Shown in pieces: positions 20,044-31,383 of a DNA stretch of 64,000 bases. The translations under genes and the position numbers were made by a program. Position 1 is the first letter of the stretch, and each line of letters starts with the position of its first letter. A model generated the notes under the pieces. It did no database searches and had not been told where the DNA came from. It worked only from the letters and a program-made list of their open reading frames with translations. This stretch comes from Bacilli bacterium (GTDB taxonomy: Bacteria > Bacillota_I > Bacilli_A > RF39 > UBA660), in the NCBI GenBank assembly GCA_017441065.1, contig JAFSAI010000024.1:1142-65141 (forward strand). Reading direction: 5' to 3'.

Positions 20044-20529
20044 ATGAAAGAAAAAAGAGTTAAAGAATTAAAAAATGAACTGAATGTTTTGTTAAAAGAA
20101 GAAGTTGAAAAAGAATTAATTCTAAATGATTCAAAATTAGAAGACGAAAAGATAAGTGTTAAAGATATTGTTAAAGATATTTATTTAAAAAGAGGAATTG
20201 ATGTTTCAAAATTAAATAAAGGACTAATAAATAATCTGATAGACAATATAAGTGAATTATTCAATTTATTTAAAAATAAAGATAAGAAGACAAAAAATAA
20301 AATGTACTTAGAAATTGTTTATATAGTGTTATTGCTTATATTAATGAAAATTCCTTTTGATCTAGTTAGAGATATAGGATATGAGTATATAGAACTTATA
20401 ACTACAAATTCACTATTCTATACTTTGTGGAATTTCGCATTTTTATTACTTTATACTATTACTTTAATATGTTCTGTTATAGTCTTAATAAGAAATTTTA
20501 ATAAAAAATATAAAGATACTTCATTATAG
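20044..20529 (+). CDS. Hypothetical membrane protein
   Basis: 161 aa with a charged N-terminal helix followed by two TM helices. Confidence 0.5.
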   Translation: MKEKRVKELKNELNVLLKEEVEKELILNDSKLEDEKISVKDIVKDIYLKRGIDVSKLNKGLINNLIDNISELFNLFKNKDKKTKNKMYLEIVYIVLLLILMKIPFDLVRDIGYEYIELITTNSLFYTLWNFAFLLLYTITLICSVIVLIRNFNKKYKDTSL

Positions 20530-20562
20530 TATCTTTTTTATTGCAATAAAAAAAGCAAGTCA

Positions 20563-21579
20563 TTAACTTGCTAATTTGTATGGATTTGTTATGTATGAAC
20601 GTTTTCCTTTGTTATTAACACGATAATCAGCAACTACTTCAGATTTGTCATTTTTAGAAATTGTAACAGTCATTCGAAGTTCGTAACCAACAATACCATC
20701 ACCACTAGTATTAACAACAGCAGTAACTTTTCTATTTAATGCTAAAGTTCCTTCTAATTTTAATGCTTCAACATCTTTTTTGATTTTTATTGTTTCTGAA
20801 TCCATTAATTTATTTATTTCAGTAGTCATACTTTCGTCTTTATATAAGTCTAAGCTTACAGCACATCCATTTGATGTAACATCAATTGCAACTAAATGAT
20901 TATTTGTATCATATTTATTATTACCATATTTACAATTAACTGTAGGAACTTCCGGTTCTGAAGGTTTCTTACCAATAGTTAATTTTGTTTCTTCAACAAC
21001 TTGATTACCGCTTTCATCGCTAGCAGCTATTTTTATAGCATAAGTTCCTTCTTTTTTGAAACTGGAATAATCAACTTTATTTCCATCTTCATCGACACCA
21101 CTATAAAATTCAATTTTACAAGCTACATTACTATTGTCTTCGCATTTATCAACAAAATCTTTTGCACTATAAGTTTTATTTTGTTCAATAGTAACATTTT
21201 TAACAGTCAAAGTAGGTTTAGTAGTATCTACAACTATTAATTTGCTATCATAATTTTTTTCGTTTATTGTAATTTTAACCTGATATTCTCCTGGTGTTGA
21301 AACATTAAAATTATCAGGATATTCAATATCAATGTTACTTATATCAACGTTTTCAATTTTAGAAAAGAATATTTCATTAGTGTATTTTTCATTAACTTCT
21401 ATAGTTGTTTCTTGTTTAATGCTTAGAGCACCTTCAGGTGTATTGTGATTTTCACCTTGAAAATTTGATGTAATTATAAAGCATATGATAACACCTATAA
21501 TACATATACCTATTATTACTAAATTGATAATAGTTCTTTTTGTATTATATACTCTATTATAGAAAAACTTTTTTGCCAT
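20563..21579 (-). CDS. Membrane-anchored surface protein with Ig-like repeats (tentative)
   Basis: The start is at MAKKFFYN. It has one N-terminal TM and a beta-rich repetitive ectodomain (YQVKITINEKNY, YAIKIAASDESGN). Confidence 0.6.
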   Translation of the reverse strand: MAKKFFYNRVYNTKRTIINLVIIGICIIGVIICFIITSNFQGENHNTPEGALSIKQETTIEVNEKYTNEIFFSKIENVDISNIDIEYPDNFNVSTPGEYQVKITINEKNYDSKLIVVDTTKPTLTVKNVTIEQNKTYSAKDFVDKCEDNSNVACKIEFYSGVDEDGNKVDYSSFKKEGTYAIKIAASDESGNQVVEETKLTIGKKPSEPEVPTVNCKYGNNKYDTNNHLVAIDVTSNGCAVSLDLYKDESMTTEINKLMDSETIKIKKDVEALKLEGTLALNRKVTAVVNTSGDGIVGYELRMTVTISKNDKSEVVADYRVNNKGKRSYITNPYKLAS

Positions 21580-21692
21580 AATAAAACCTCTATTCTTAAT
21601 ATATATTAATAATATCATAATATACATTAAATTGCCAATAGTTAATTATAGAAAATTAATGGAGTTGCATACAATTTTAGTAGCATTCACTA

Positions 21693-21815
21693 TTGCATAT
21701 TTAAGCATTTTGTGGTATCATCTTAAATGCAATTTGCAGAAATTGCAGTTATGTGGGAGGGAATGCGGATTTGCCCATTACCACTAACGCGAAAAATTTT
21801 ATAGGAGGTGTTTTC
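21693..21815 (+). promoter_or_regulatory. rplKA promoter and structured leader (possible L1-binding autoregulatory site)
   Basis: TTGCAT - 17 nt - TGgTATCAT (21693-21721). An 8-bp hairpin TGCAATTT-GCAG-AAATTGCA sits at 21728-21747, followed by a GTGGGAGGGAATGCGGATTTGCCCATTACCAC element. The L1-site interpretation is inference. Confidence 0.4.
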
Positions 21816-22403
21816 GTGGCAAAAGAAGTCGTAAAGAAAATTAAACTTGAAATTCAAGCTGGAAAAGCAACACCAGCACCACCAGTTGGAACAGTTTTAG
21901 GACCTGCTGGAATCAATTTACAAGAGTTCTGTACAAAATTTAATGACGCAACTCGTGAAAAAATGGGTGACGTTGTTCCTTGTGAAATCTCAATTTATGA
22001 AGATAGAACATTCGATTTTGTATTAAAAACTCCACCTGCTGGATTCTTACTTAAAAAGGTAGCAAAAATTCAAAAGGGAAGCGCAAAAGGTGCAAATGAA
22101 ATCGTTGCAACAATCACTGAAGCTGATTTAAGAAGTATAGCAGAAATCAAATTACCTGATTTAAATGCTTATACAGTAGAAGAAGCTATGAATATCGTAG
22201 AAGGTACTGCTAGAAATATGGGAATCGCTGTTTCAGGACGTACTGATAAAGAATTAGCTGAACAAGCAAAAGAAGCTTTAGAAGAAGAAAAAGAACAAGC
22301 TAAACGTGAAGCAGCTTTAGAAGCAATGGCTGAAGAAGCTCAAAATCTTGATGTTGCTAACGTTGAAGCAATGAACGAAAAAGAAGAAAAAACAGAAGAA
22401 TAA
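21816..22403 (+). CDS. rplK: 50S ribosomal protein L11 with an unusual ~55-aa acidic C-terminal extension
   Basis: GTG start after AGGAGG. The L11 core is [30 protein letters not shown]...[11 protein letters not shown]. It is 195 aa, versus about 141 aa for typical L11. Confidence 0.9.
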   Translation: MAKEVVKKIKLEIQAGKATPAPPVGTVLGPAGINLQEFCTKFNDATREKMGDVVPCEISIYEDRTFDFVLKTPPAGFLLKKVAKIQKGSAKGANEIVATITEADLRSIAEIKLPDLNAYTVEEAMNIVEGTARNMGIAVSGRTDKELAEQAKEALEEEKEQAKREAALEAMAEEAQNLDVANVEAMNEKEEKTEE

Positions 22404-22459
22404 TAAATAATAAAAAAATTTCAAATCCGCTAATTAACCACAGTTAGGAGGAAATATAA

Positions 22460-23158
22460 ATGAGAAAACATAGTAAAAAATATGTGGAAGTTTCTAAAAA
22501 TGTTGAAAGTACTAAACTTTACACAAAAGAAGAAGCAACTAAATTAGTAAAAGAAACATCAACAACTAAATTTGATAGTACTGTAGAAGTAGCTATTAAA
22601 TTAAATATTGATGCTAAAAAAACTGATCAACAATTACGTGGTTCATTAGTTATGCCTAATGGAACTGGTAAAAGTAAAAAAGTTTTAGTTATTGCTAAAG
22701 GTGCTTTTGCTGAAGAAGCTAAAGCTGCTGGTGCTGATTATGTTGGAGATAAAGATATGCTTGAAAAAATCAAAGCTGAAAATTGGTTTGATTTTGATGT
22801 AGTAGTAGCTACTCCAGATATGATGCCAGAAGTTGGTAAAATTGGTAACATTTTAGGACCAAAAGGTTTAATGCCTAACCCTAAAACTGGTACAGTTACA
22901 ACTAAAGTAGCTGATGTTGTAAAAGATCTTAAGAGTGGTATGGTTACTTATAGAACTGATTCTTATGGTAATATTCATACTATAATTGGTAAAGTATCTT
23001 TTGATGAAACTAAACTATTAGAAAATTTAGAATATGTAGTAAGAACTATAAATAAAGCAAAACCTCAAACAGTAAAAGGTATATTTATAGATAAAATTAC
23101 AGTATCAACAACTATGGGTCCTGGAATTAAAGTAGATAAAAATTCTTTTGACATTTAA
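22460..23158 (+). CDS. rplA: 50S ribosomal protein L1
   Basis: 232 aa with typical L1 segments (FDSTVEVAIKLNID, GPKGLMPNPKTGTVT). Confidence 0.95.
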   Translation: MRKHSKKYVEVSKNVESTKLYTKEEATKLVKETSTTKFDSTVEVAIKLNIDAKKTDQQLRGSLVMPNGTGKSKKVLVIAKGAFAEEAKAAGADYVGDKDMLEKIKAENWFDFDVVVATPDMMPEVGKIGNILGPKGLMPNPKTGTVTTKVADVVKDLKSGMVTYRTDSYGNIHTIIGKVSFDETKLLENLEYVVRTINKAKPQTVKGIFIDKITVSTTMGPGIKVDKNSFDI

Positions 23159-23176
23159 TTAGTTGTGATATATAAT
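23148..23176 (+). promoter_or_regulatory. rplJL promoter
   Basis: TTGACA - 17 nt - TATAAT. The -35 box overlaps the end of rplA. Confidence 0.6.
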
Positions 23177-23302
23177 ACTTGAAGAAAAGAAAAAACCGAA
23201 GACAGCAGGGAAGCAATTTTAAAAATCCTGCCGAGGGGAACTTTAAACTTTTGTTTTTTAGCTTCCCAATCGGAAGCTTTTCTTAATATATAAGGAGGAA
23301 AC
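23177..23302 (+). promoter_or_regulatory. Ribosomal protein L10 leader-like attenuator
   Basis: Structured 5' UTR with a GCAGG...CCTGC helix, followed by the hairpin GCTTCC-CAATC-GGAAGC plus TTTT directly before the rplJ RBS. This is the position and architecture expected for the Firmicute L10 leader. Confidence 0.5.
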
Positions 23303-23803
23303 ATGGCAAGCGAAAAAATTCTTAATGAGAAGAAAATTATCGTAAGTGAAATTATTGATAATGTAAAAAATAGCGAATCAGTTATTTTATTCCAATATCA
23401 AGGTTTAACAGTTGCTGAAATGAGCGATTTAAGAAATAAGCTTAATGAAGTTGGTTCAAACGTTAAAATTTACAAAAACACTTTATTAAAAAGAGCTTTA
23501 AGTGAATTAAATGTTAACATGGATGAATTTCTTGAAGGACCTAATGCAGTTTTATTTGGTGAAACTTTATTAGAACCAATTAAGATTATTGCTGAATTTG
23601 CTAAAGAACATGAAAAATTAAACATTCGTGTTGGTATTATCAGTGGCGATGTAGCTAGTCTAGAAACAATTAAAGAATACGCTAGTATTCCATCTCGTGA
23701 AGGACTACTTACTATGTTAGCTGGTGGAATGATTCAATATGTTAAAGATTTATCAATAAGTTTAAATCTTTATGCCGAACAATTAGAGGGAAAGGAAGAT
23801 TAG
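23303..23803 (+). CDS. rplJ: 50S ribosomal protein L10
   Basis: 166 aa in the conserved position before rplL. Confidence 0.95.
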   Translation: MASEKILNEKKIIVSEIIDNVKNSESVILFQYQGLTVAEMSDLRNKLNEVGSNVKIYKNTLLKRALSELNVNMDEFLEGPNAVLFGETLLEPIKIIAEFAKEHEKLNIRVGIISGDVASLETIKEYASIPSREGLLTMLAGGMIQYVKDLSISLNLYAEQLEGKED

Positions 23804-23804
23804 A

Positions 23805-24173
23805 ATGGCAAAATTAACTAGAGAAGATTTTATAAGTGCATTAAAAGAAATGACAATTCTTGAAGTAAAAGAATTAGTAGATGCAATGAAAGAAGAATTT
23901 GGTGTAGATCCTTCTGCAGTAGCAGTAGCAGCTGCTCCAGTAGCTGGTGCTGAAGATGCTGGATCATCAACAAAAACAGTAGTATTAAAATCTGCTGGTG
24001 GAAACAAGATTGCAGTTATCAAAATCATTAAAGAAATTACAGGCTTAGGATTAGTTGAAGCTAAAGGTTTAGCTGACAATGGTGGAAATATTAAAGAAAA
24101 TATTCCTGCTGATGAAGCTCAATCAATTGCTGATCAATTAACTGAAGCTGGTGCTGAAGTAGAATTAGCATAA
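23805..24173 (+). CDS. rplL: 50S ribosomal protein L7/L12
   Basis: 122 aa with an Ala-rich hinge and the C-terminal domain KIAVIKIIKEITGLGLVEAK. Confidence 0.95.
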   Translation: MAKLTREDFISALKEMTILEVKELVDAMKEEFGVDPSAVAVAAAPVAGAEDAGSSTKTVVLKSAGGNKIAVIKIIKEITGLGLVEAKGLADNGGNIKENIPADEAQSIADQLTEAGAEVELA

Positions 24174-24177
24174 TTTA

Positions 24178-24206
24178 AAAAAGGCAATATTTATTGCTTT
24201 TTTTTG
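24178..24206 (+). terminator. Terminator after rplL
   Basis: AAGGCAAT-ATTT-ATTGCTTT followed by a T-run. Confidence 0.6.
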
Positions 24207-24238
24207 TTGCCTAATTTATAATTAATATTGGTGATACT

Positions 24239-24514
24239 ATGAGAAAAACATTGGGGATTATATTTAAAGTACTACTAGTAACAGTAGTAGTGGTTTGGAT
24301 TGGATTAATTTTGGTTGAATATTTTAGATATCAAGATAATGAACCTATGTTAGTAGTATTAAAAGAGGAAACTCTTGCTTATGAAGATGGTCATGTTTAT
24401 GTATATTGGGGACTTGGATATAAGTCAATAACTTATGAAAGAACTAGTATTTATGGCAAAGAATTTGGCCATGTATTTATACCAGTAAGAGATACGTTGC
24501 CTAATAATAGTTAG
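24239..24514 (+). CDS. Small membrane protein, hypothetical
   Basis: 91 aa with one N-terminal TM. It appears co-oriented and co-transcribed with the following gene. Confidence 0.5.
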   Translation: MRKTLGIIFKVLLVTVVVVWIGLILVEYFRYQDNEPMLVVLKEETLAYEDGHVYVYWGLGYKSITYERTSIYGKEFGHVFIPVRDTLPNNS

Positions 24515-24525
24515 AGGGAATTTTG

Positions 24526-24906
24526 ATGAAATTAGATAAAAATGGATGGGGAACAATGGAAATGCTTTTGTTAAGTGGGGGTTTATTACTTGCACTTATA
24601 GTAGCAATTTTCTTTATTTTTCAGTTATATGGCTCTTTAGGAGGAGCTGTTGGAAATAAGCAATATATAGATTTAGAAAATTCGTTAGAAGAAGCAGCAA
24701 ATAGATATATAGAAGATAAAAATGTGGCTGTAAACGGAGAATATAAAATAAGTTATGAAACATTAAATTCTAATGGATATATAACTAGATTAAAAGATAT
24801 AGATGGAAATGATTGTACTGGTTATGTAAGAATAACTAATGTAGATAGTATTAACCATTATGCAGCTTATATTTCTTGCAAAAATTATCAAACATTAAAC
24901 TACTAA
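24526..24906 (+). CDS. Prepilin/pseudopilin-like protein (tentative)
   Basis: The N-terminus KNG/WGTMEMLLLSGGLLLALIVAIFF resembles a class III signal peptide (Gly, then Glu at +5, then a hydrophobic helix). The C-terminus carries 2 Cys. Confidence 0.45.
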   Translation: MKLDKNGWGTMEMLLLSGGLLLALIVAIFFIFQLYGSLGGAVGNKQYIDLENSLEEAANRYIEDKNVAVNGEYKISYETLNSNGYITRLKDIDGNDCTGYVRITNVDSINHYAAYISCKNYQTLNY

Positions 24907-24924
24907 AATAGTAATAAAAATATA

Positions 24925-24954
24925 TTGACAAAACATATAATAAAATGATATAGT
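24925..24954 (+). promoter_or_regulatory. str-operon (rpsL) promoter
   Basis: TTGACA - 18 nt - TATAGT, followed by the 5' UTR hairpin GTTCTAC-CTTG-GTAGAAC. Confidence 0.5.
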
Positions 24955-25047
24955 AATATCGCATTTTGATTAGGTTCTACCTTGGTAGAACTTAATTTAA
25001 AAATAATTTTGATACACTTGGATTCGTGTTCATAGAAGGGAGATATT

Positions 25048-25455
25048 ATGCCAACAATAAATCAATTAGTAAAGAAAAATCGTCAAAAGAAAACAAAGAA
25101 AAGTAAGAGTCCAGTACTTAATGTTGGATTTAATACATTAGAAAGAAAACAAACTAATGCAACAAGTCCACAAAAAAGAGGGGTATGTACTCGTGTAGGA
25201 ACTAAAACACCTAAGAAACCAAACTCAGCGTTAAGAAAATATGCACGTGTTAGACTTTCTAATGGTAAAGAAATCGATGCATACATTCCAGGAGAAGGAC
25301 ATAACTTACAAGAACACAGCGTAGTATTAGTACGTGGTGGACGTGTAAAAGACTTAATTGGTGTACGTTATCATGTAATTCGTGGTACATTAGATACTCA
25401 CGGTGTTGAAAATCGTAAACAAGGTCGTAGTAAATACGGTACAAAAAGAAAATAA
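25048..25455 (+). CDS. rpsL: 30S ribosomal protein S12
   Basis: [10 protein letters not shown]...[10 protein letters not shown]...[15 protein letters not shown]. Confidence 0.97.
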   Translation: MPTINQLVKKNRQKKTKKSKSPVLNVGFNTLERKQTNATSPQKRGVCTRVGTKTPKKPNSALRKYARVRLSNGKEIDAYIPGEGHNLQEHSVVLVRGGRVKDLIGVRYHVIRGTLDTHGVENRKQGRSKYGTKRK

Positions 25456-25496
25456 TTAAATAAAATAAAAAAATAGAAGAAGGAGGAAAATAAAAC

Positions 25497-25964
25497 ATGC
25501 GTAAAAGAAGAGCAGTTAAAAGAGATGTATTACCAGATCCTATATATAATTCAAAAGTTGTAACTAAATTAGTTAACGCAATTATGTTAGATGGTAAAAA
25601 AGGTACAGCTCAAAAGATTTTATACGAAGCTTTTGATATAGTTGAACAACAAACTGGCAAAAAAGCTATTGATGTTTATGCAGAAGCTATGAAAAATATA
25701 AGCCCAGCACTAGAAGTTAAATCTCGTCGTGTTGGTGGATCTAACTACCAAGTACCAATGGAAGTTACTGATGAAAGAGCTCAAACTCTAGCATTACGTT
25801 GGTTAGTTAATTATGCAAAATTAAGAAACGGAAAGGGTATGGCTATAAATTTAGCAAATGAAATTATTGATGCTGCTAATGGTGTAGGCGGAGCTGTTAA
25901 AAAACGTGAAGATACACATAAAATGGCTGAAGCAAACAAAGCATTTGCTCATTATAGATGGTAA
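25497..25964 (+). CDS. rpsG: 30S ribosomal protein S7
   Basis: 155 aa, beginning [17 protein letters not shown] and ending AFAHYRW. Confidence 0.97.
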   Translation: MRKRRAVKRDVLPDPIYNSKVVTKLVNAIMLDGKKGTAQKILYEAFDIVEQQTGKKAIDVYAEAMKNISPALEVKSRRVGGSNYQVPMEVTDERAQTLALRWLVNYAKLRNGKGMAINLANEIIDAANGVGGAVKKREDTHKMAEANKAFAHYRW

Positions 25965-25970
25965 TAAAAT

Positions 25971-28043
25971 ATGGCAAGAGACGTATCTATTGATAAAATT
26001 CGTAATATCGGTATCATGGCTCACATCGATGCTGGTAAAACAACAACAACAGAAAGAATTCTATTCCATACAGGTATAACTCATAAAATTGGAGAAACTC
26101 ACGATGGTGAATCTCAAATGGACTGGATGGAACAAGAAAAAGAACGTGGTATCACAATTACTAGTGCTGCAACAACTGCACACTGGAAAGGACATCGTTT
26201 AAATATAATCGATACTCCAGGTCACGTAGACTTCACAATTGAAGTTCAAAGAAGTTTAAGAGTATTAGATGGTGCAGTAGCACTTATCGATGCTCAAGCA
26301 GGTGTAGAACCTCAAACTGAAACAGTTTGGAGACAAGCTAATGAGTACAAAGTTCCAAGAATGATTTGTGCTAATAAAATGGGTAAATTAGGAGCAGATT
26401 TCTATTATAGTTTAACTACTATCAAAGATAGATTAGGAGCTAAAGCTGCACCAATCGAATTACCAATTGGATCTGAATCAGAATTCTGTGGAATTGTTAA
26501 CTTAGTAACAATGAAAGCTTACAAATTTGATGGAAGCGAACAAGAAAATGCTGAAGAAATTGAAATTCCAGCAGATATGAAAGATAAATGTGAAGAATAT
26601 AGAACATTATTAATTGAATCTGTAGCAGATCATGATGAAGAATTAATGATGAAATATCTTGATGGTGAAGAAATCACTGTTGAAGATTTAAAGAAAGCTA
26701 TTAGAACAGCTACATTATCAGTAGAATTCTTCCCAGTATTATGTGCTGATGCGTTAAGTAACCAAGGTATTAAACCATTACTTGATGCAATTATAGACTA
26801 TCTACCAGCACCAACTGACGTAGAAGCTATTACATGTACTGATAAAAATGGAAATGACGTATTACGTCATCCAGATGATAAAGAACCATTTACAGCATTA
26901 GCATTCAAAATAATGACTGACCCATATGTAGGAAGATTATCATTCTTCCGTGTATACTCAGGTGTACTAACTAGTGGTTCTTATGTATTAAACTCTACTA
27001 AAGGAGAAAAAGAAAGAATTGGTCGTATTTTACAAATGCATGCTAACCAAAGAAAAGAAATAACTGAGGTTTATGCAGGTGAAATCGCTGCTGCTGTTGG
27101 ATTAAAAAATACTACTACAGCTGATACACTATGTGATGAAAAGAATCCATGTATCATGAAAGGTATGGAATTCCCAGCACCAGTTATCGATATAGCTATT
27201 GAACCAAAATCTAAAAATGACCAAGATAAAATGGCTATTGCTATTCAAAAATTAGTTGAAGAAGACCCAACATTAAGAGTTAAAACTGATCATGAAACTG
27301 GACAAACAGTTTTATCAGGAATGGGAGAACTTCACTTAGATGTTATTATAGACCGTATGAGAAGAGAATTTGGTGTTGAATGTAATAGTGGTAAACCACA
27401 AGTTGCATACCGTGAAACTTTAACTCAAACAGCTGAATGTGAAGGTAAATATATTAAACAATCAGGTGGACGTGGACAATATGGACATGTATGGATCAAA
27501 TTCGAACCAAATCATGAAAAAGGTTATGAATTCGTTGATGCTATCGTTGGTGGTGTAGTTCCTCGTGAATATATTCCTGTTACAGATAAAGGATTACAAG
27601 AAGCTATGGCTGGTGGAATCCTTGCTGGTTATCCAATGGTAGATGTTAAAGCAACTTTATTTGATGGATCATACCATGATGTAGACTCATCAGAAATGGC
27701 ATTCAAAATTGCTGCTAGTATGGCTTTAAAAGAAGCTAAAAACAAATGTAAACCAGTTCTTTTAGAACCAATTATGAAAGTTGACGTAGTTGTTCCAGAA
27801 GAATATATGGGTAACGTTATGGGAGATTTAACTTCTCGTCGTGGTAGACCATTAGGACAAGAATCTCGTGGTAATGCATTACAAATTTCTGCAATGGTTC
27901 CACTAGCTGAAATGTTTGGTTATGCTACAACATTACGTTCAAACTCTCAAGGACGTGGTACATTCACAATGGTATTAGATCATTATGAAGAAGTACCTAA
28001 AAATATTGCTGAAGAAATTATTAAGAAAAACAGCATTAACTAA
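25971..28043 (+). CDS. fusA: Elongation factor G
   Basis: 690 aa with [20 protein letters not shown] and NKMGK G-motifs. Confidence 0.97.
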   Translation: MARDVSIDKIRNIGIMAHIDAGKTTTTERILFHTGITHKIGETHDGESQMDWMEQEKERGITITSAATTAHWKGHRLNIIDTPGHVDFTIEVQRSLRVLDGAVALIDAQAGVEPQTETVWRQANEYKVPRMICANKMGKLGADFYYSLTTIKDRLGAKAAPIELPIGSESEFCGIVNLVTMKAYKFDGSEQENAEEIEIPADMKDKCEEYRTLLIESVADHDEELMMKYLDGEEITVEDLKKAIRTATLSVEFFPVLCADALSNQGIKPLLDAIIDYLPAPTDVEAITCTDKNGNDVLRHPDDKEPFTALAFKIMTDPYVGRLSFFRVYSGVLTSGSYVLNSTKGEKERIGRILQMHANQRKEITEVYAGEIAAAVGLKNTTTADTLCDEKNPCIMKGMEFPAPVIDIAIEPKSKNDQDKMAIAIQKLVEEDPTLRVKTDHETGQTVLSGMGELHLDVIIDRMRREFGVECNSGKPQVAYRETLTQTAECEGKYIKQSGGRGQYGHVWIKFEPNHEKGYEFVDAIVGGVVPREYIPVTDKGLQEAMAGGILAGYPMVDVKATLFDGSYHDVDSSEMAFKIAASMALKEAKNKCKPVLLEPIMKVDVVVPEEYMGNVMGDLTSRRGRPLGQESRGNALQISAMVPLAEMFGYATTLRSNSQGRGTFTMVLDHYEEVPKNIAEEIIKKNSIN

Positions 28044-28115
28044 AATAATACTTGAAAATATTTCAAGCATTAGATAAAATATAATAGTAAAAGAAAAAGA
28101 AAGGAATGAAATTAT

Positions 28116-29285
28116 ATGGCAAGAGAAAAATTTGATCGTTCAAAAGAACACGTTAATGTAGGTACTATTGGACACGTTGACCATGGTAAAACTACTACTA
28201 CTGCTGCTATTACAAAATTATTTTCAAAAGAATTCGTTTCTTATGAAAATATAGATAAAGCTCCAGAAGAAAGAGAAAGAGGTATTACTATTAATACTGC
28301 TCACGTTGAGTATGAAACTGAAAAACGTCACTATGCTCACGTTGACTGTCCAGGACACGCAGACTATGTTAAAAACATGATTACTGGTGCTGCTCAAATG
28401 GATGGTGCTATTCTTGTAGTTTCTGCTGCAGATGGACCTATGCCACAAACTAGAGAACATATTTTGTTATCTCGTCAAGTTGGTGTTCCAAAAATCGTTG
28501 TATTTATGAACAAATGTGATCAAGTAGATGATCCAGAACTATTAGACTTAGTAGAAATGGAAATTAGAGAATTATTAGGAGAATATGGTTTTGATGCTGA
28601 ATGTCCTATCGTTCGTGGTAGTGCATTAAAAGCTCTTGAAGGTGACGCTGAAGCTGAACAAGCTATTCGTGACTTAATTGCTGCAGTTGATTCTTATATT
28701 GAAGCTCCTGCTCGTGATTCTGAAAAACCATTCTTAATGAGTATCGAAGACGTATTCACTATTTCAGGACGTGGTACTGTTGTTACAGGACGTGTTGAAC
28801 GTGGTGTATTAAAACTAAATGATGAAGTTGAAATTGTTGGTTTAAGACCTACAACTAAATCAGTAGTTACAGGAATCGAAATGTTCCGTAAGTCATTAGA
28901 CTTTGCTCAAGCTGGAGACAACGCTGGTGTACTTCTACGTGGTATCTCTCGTGATGATGTTGAACGTGGACAAGTATTAGCTAAACCAGGAACAGTTACT
29001 CCACATACTAAGTTTAAAGCTAGTGTTTATGTATTAAGTAAAGAAGAAGGCGGACGTCATACTCCATTCTTCTCAAATTACAGACCACAATTCTATTTCA
29101 GAACTACAGACGTAACTGGTGTTATTGAGTTACCTGCTGGTGTTGAAATGGTAATGCCTGGTGATAACGTAGATATGACTGTTGAATTAATTGCTCCAGT
29201 AGCTCTAGAAAACGGTACTAAATTCTCAATTCGTGAAGGTGGACGTACTGTTGGTTCTGGTATTGTTACAGAAATTATTCAATAA
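28116..29285 (+). CDS. tuf: Elongation factor Tu
   Basis: 389 aa with [17 protein letters not shown] and NKCD motifs. Confidence 0.97.
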   Translation: MAREKFDRSKEHVNVGTIGHVDHGKTTTTAAITKLFSKEFVSYENIDKAPEERERGITINTAHVEYETEKRHYAHVDCPGHADYVKNMITGAAQMDGAILVVSAADGPMPQTREHILLSRQVGVPKIVVFMNKCDQVDDPELLDLVEMEIRELLGEYGFDAECPIVRGSALKALEGDAEAEQAIRDLIAAVDSYIEAPARDSEKPFLMSIEDVFTISGRGTVVTGRVERGVLKLNDEVEIVGLRPTTKSVVTGIEMFRKSLDFAQAGDNAGVLLRGISRDDVERGQVLAKPGTVTPHTKFKASVYVLSKEEGGRHTPFFSNYRPQFYFRTTDVTGVIELPAGVEMVMPGDNVDMTVELIAPVALENGTKFSIREGGRTVGSGIVTEIIQ

Positions 29286-29294
29286 TAAAAAATT

Positions 29295-29317
29295 AAGTAG
29301 CTTCGGCTACTTTTTTA
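29295..29317 (+). terminator. Terminator after tuf
   Basis: AAGTAGC-TTCG-GCTACTT followed by TTTTT. Confidence 0.8.
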
Positions 29318-29406
29318 TTGTCATAAAAAATGTTAAGTAAAAGATATTCATATTTAAAACTTATATAAAATATACTATAATATTAGTATAATAGGGGTGA
29401 AAAACT

Positions 29407-30303
29407 ATGAAATATATTATAGATACAGATCCAGGAATAGATGATGCTATTGCAATATGTATGGCAATAAGAAATAAATTAGATGTAATTGGGTTTACAT
29501 TAGCTACTGGGAATGTAGATCCTGATAAAAGTGAAAATAATTTAAAAATTATAGAAGATTTTTTAGATACAAATATTCCAATTTTTAAAGGAGAAATCAT
29601 TAATAGAAGTTCAGAAACTGCCGAATATGCTCATGGAAAAGATGGTCTAGGATATGCAGTGTTTCCGCAAAATGAAACAAGAAGAATTGAAAAAATGTCT
29701 GCAGAAGACTTCATAATAAAAGCATCAAAAAAACATAAAGATGATTTAACTGTAGTATGTTTAGGGCCTCTTACAAATTTAGCAAATGCAATTAGAAAAG
29801 ATAGAAATTTACCGAAGAGAATAAAACATTTAGTAGTAATGGGGGCTACATTTGATCCTGATGCTAGTGAAGCGTATAAAGAGTTCAACATAAAAATAGA
29901 TCCACTAGCAGCAAAATTAGTATTAAATTCCCCGTTTGAAGAAATTAAAGTTATAACTCATGAAGTAGGAGTTAAATCATTTGTTGAAAAAGATTATGTT
30001 TTAAATTTAAAAAACTCTGATGATTTAATCTCTAGATTTGTAGGATTGATATCTGAAAAATATATTGAATTTAGTTATGAACACCATGGTACTATTGGTC
30101 TTGGTACACCAGATCCAACTACAATAGCATCAATAATTGATAAAGATTTAATTACTTATGAACCATTTAAGATAGATGTTAAAACTGAAGGGGAAGATGT
30201 TGGCTATAGTTATGCAACTAAAGTAGAAAAAAGTAATATATTACTTTCAACAGATTTTGATTTAGAAAGATTTAGACAAATATTCAAGAATACTTTTAAA
30301 TAG
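29407..30303 (+). CDS. Nucleoside hydrolase (IUNH family)
   Basis: N-terminal aspartate cluster IIDTDPGIDDAIAI. 298 aa. Confidence 0.85.
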   Translation: MKYIIDTDPGIDDAIAICMAIRNKLDVIGFTLATGNVDPDKSENNLKIIEDFLDTNIPIFKGEIINRSSETAEYAHGKDGLGYAVFPQNETRRIEKMSAEDFIIKASKKHKDDLTVVCLGPLTNLANAIRKDRNLPKRIKHLVVMGATFDPDASEAYKEFNIKIDPLAAKLVLNSPFEEIKVITHEVGVKSFVEKDYVLNLKNSDDLISRFVGLISEKYIEFSYEHHGTIGLGTPDPTTIASIIDKDLITYEPFKIDVKTEGEDVGYSYATKVEKSNILLSTDFDLERFRQIFKNTFK

Positions 30304-30351
30304 TATTCTTTTTATTTTAAAATAAATGTTATAATTGGATTAGGTGATATT

Positions 30352-31323
30352 ATGAATAATAAAAATATTCAAAATATAATTAGTAATAATAAATTGGGAA
30401 CAATTAAAGATATTGAATTGTTTGATAGTAGTCAAAATAGAGTATATAAAGTAACTACTTATAAAGGAATTTTTGTAATAAAAGAGTTTTCCAAAGACGC
30501 TATTGGTAACTATTACTATTTGAGAAAGAGAAAAGAACAAATAAGAATTAGTAATTTATTAAATAAAAAAGGCATTTTTACAGTTGTTCCTATCTCTTTT
30601 AATAAAAGTTTTTTTCAACATTTAAATAATCATTATTATTTAATTTATAATTTTGTAGAAGAAAAACCATTAAAGAAAGAAGAACTTACTATTGAACATA
30701 TAAAAAAATTAGCCACTATTCAAAGTAGGATTCATAAATTAAACATAAAAAATACTTTAACTTGTTCATATAAAAATATAAATATAAATTTAATTAAACA
30801 ATTGAATATAGCTAAAAAAGTAAGCAATGATTTATATCATGTTTTAGATAATAATAAAAATGTTTTAGAAGAAATTATTAACAATTGTAATAACAAGACT
30901 AAGATTATGAAAAATAATTTATGTATCAGTCATAATGATTATAAATTATTAAATATATTATGGAAAAATAATGAAGTTAAGTTAATAGATTTTGATGCAA
31001 TGGGATTATCTAATCCAACTTGTTCATTATGTGAAAGTGCTTATACTTTTTCAAAAAAGCCCAAAAGCATTAATTTTGACTTCTATAAAGAATATTTAGA
31101 GGCATATATAAAAGAATATGGACCTATTAAAGAAAACTACTTAGATGCGCTTTACGCTAGTTTTAATGGCAAATTACAATGGTTATCTTATATGTTTTCA
31201 AAAAATCATTTAAAAAAGAATAATTATATTGATGAAACTATTAGTATGATAAATGAATTAGTAACTTATTATAATAATATAGATAAATTTAATGAAATAT
31301 ATTTAAAGATTATTAACAAATAG
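30352..31323 (+). CDS. Phosphotransferase of the APH/choline-kinase family
   Basis: Brenner motif ISHNDYKLLNILW and the metal-binding IDFD. Confidence 0.75.
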   Translation: MNNKNIQNIISNNKLGTIKDIELFDSSQNRVYKVTTYKGIFVIKEFSKDAIGNYYYLRKRKEQIRISNLLNKKGIFTVVPISFNKSFFQHLNNHYYLIYNFVEEKPLKKEELTIEHIKKLATIQSRIHKLNIKNTLTCSYKNININLIKQLNIAKKVSNDLYHVLDNNKNVLEEIINNCNNKTKIMKNNLCISHNDYKLLNILWKNNEVKLIDFDAMGLSNPTCSLCESAYTFSKKPKSINFDFYKEYLEAYIKEYGPIKENYLDALYASFNGKLQWLSYMFSKNHLKKNNYIDETISMINELVTYYNNIDKFNEIYLKIINK

Positions 31324-31383
31324 TTAATAGTCTTTTTTTTAACAAATTAATATATTTCTCATATAATACCACAGGTGATAAAT

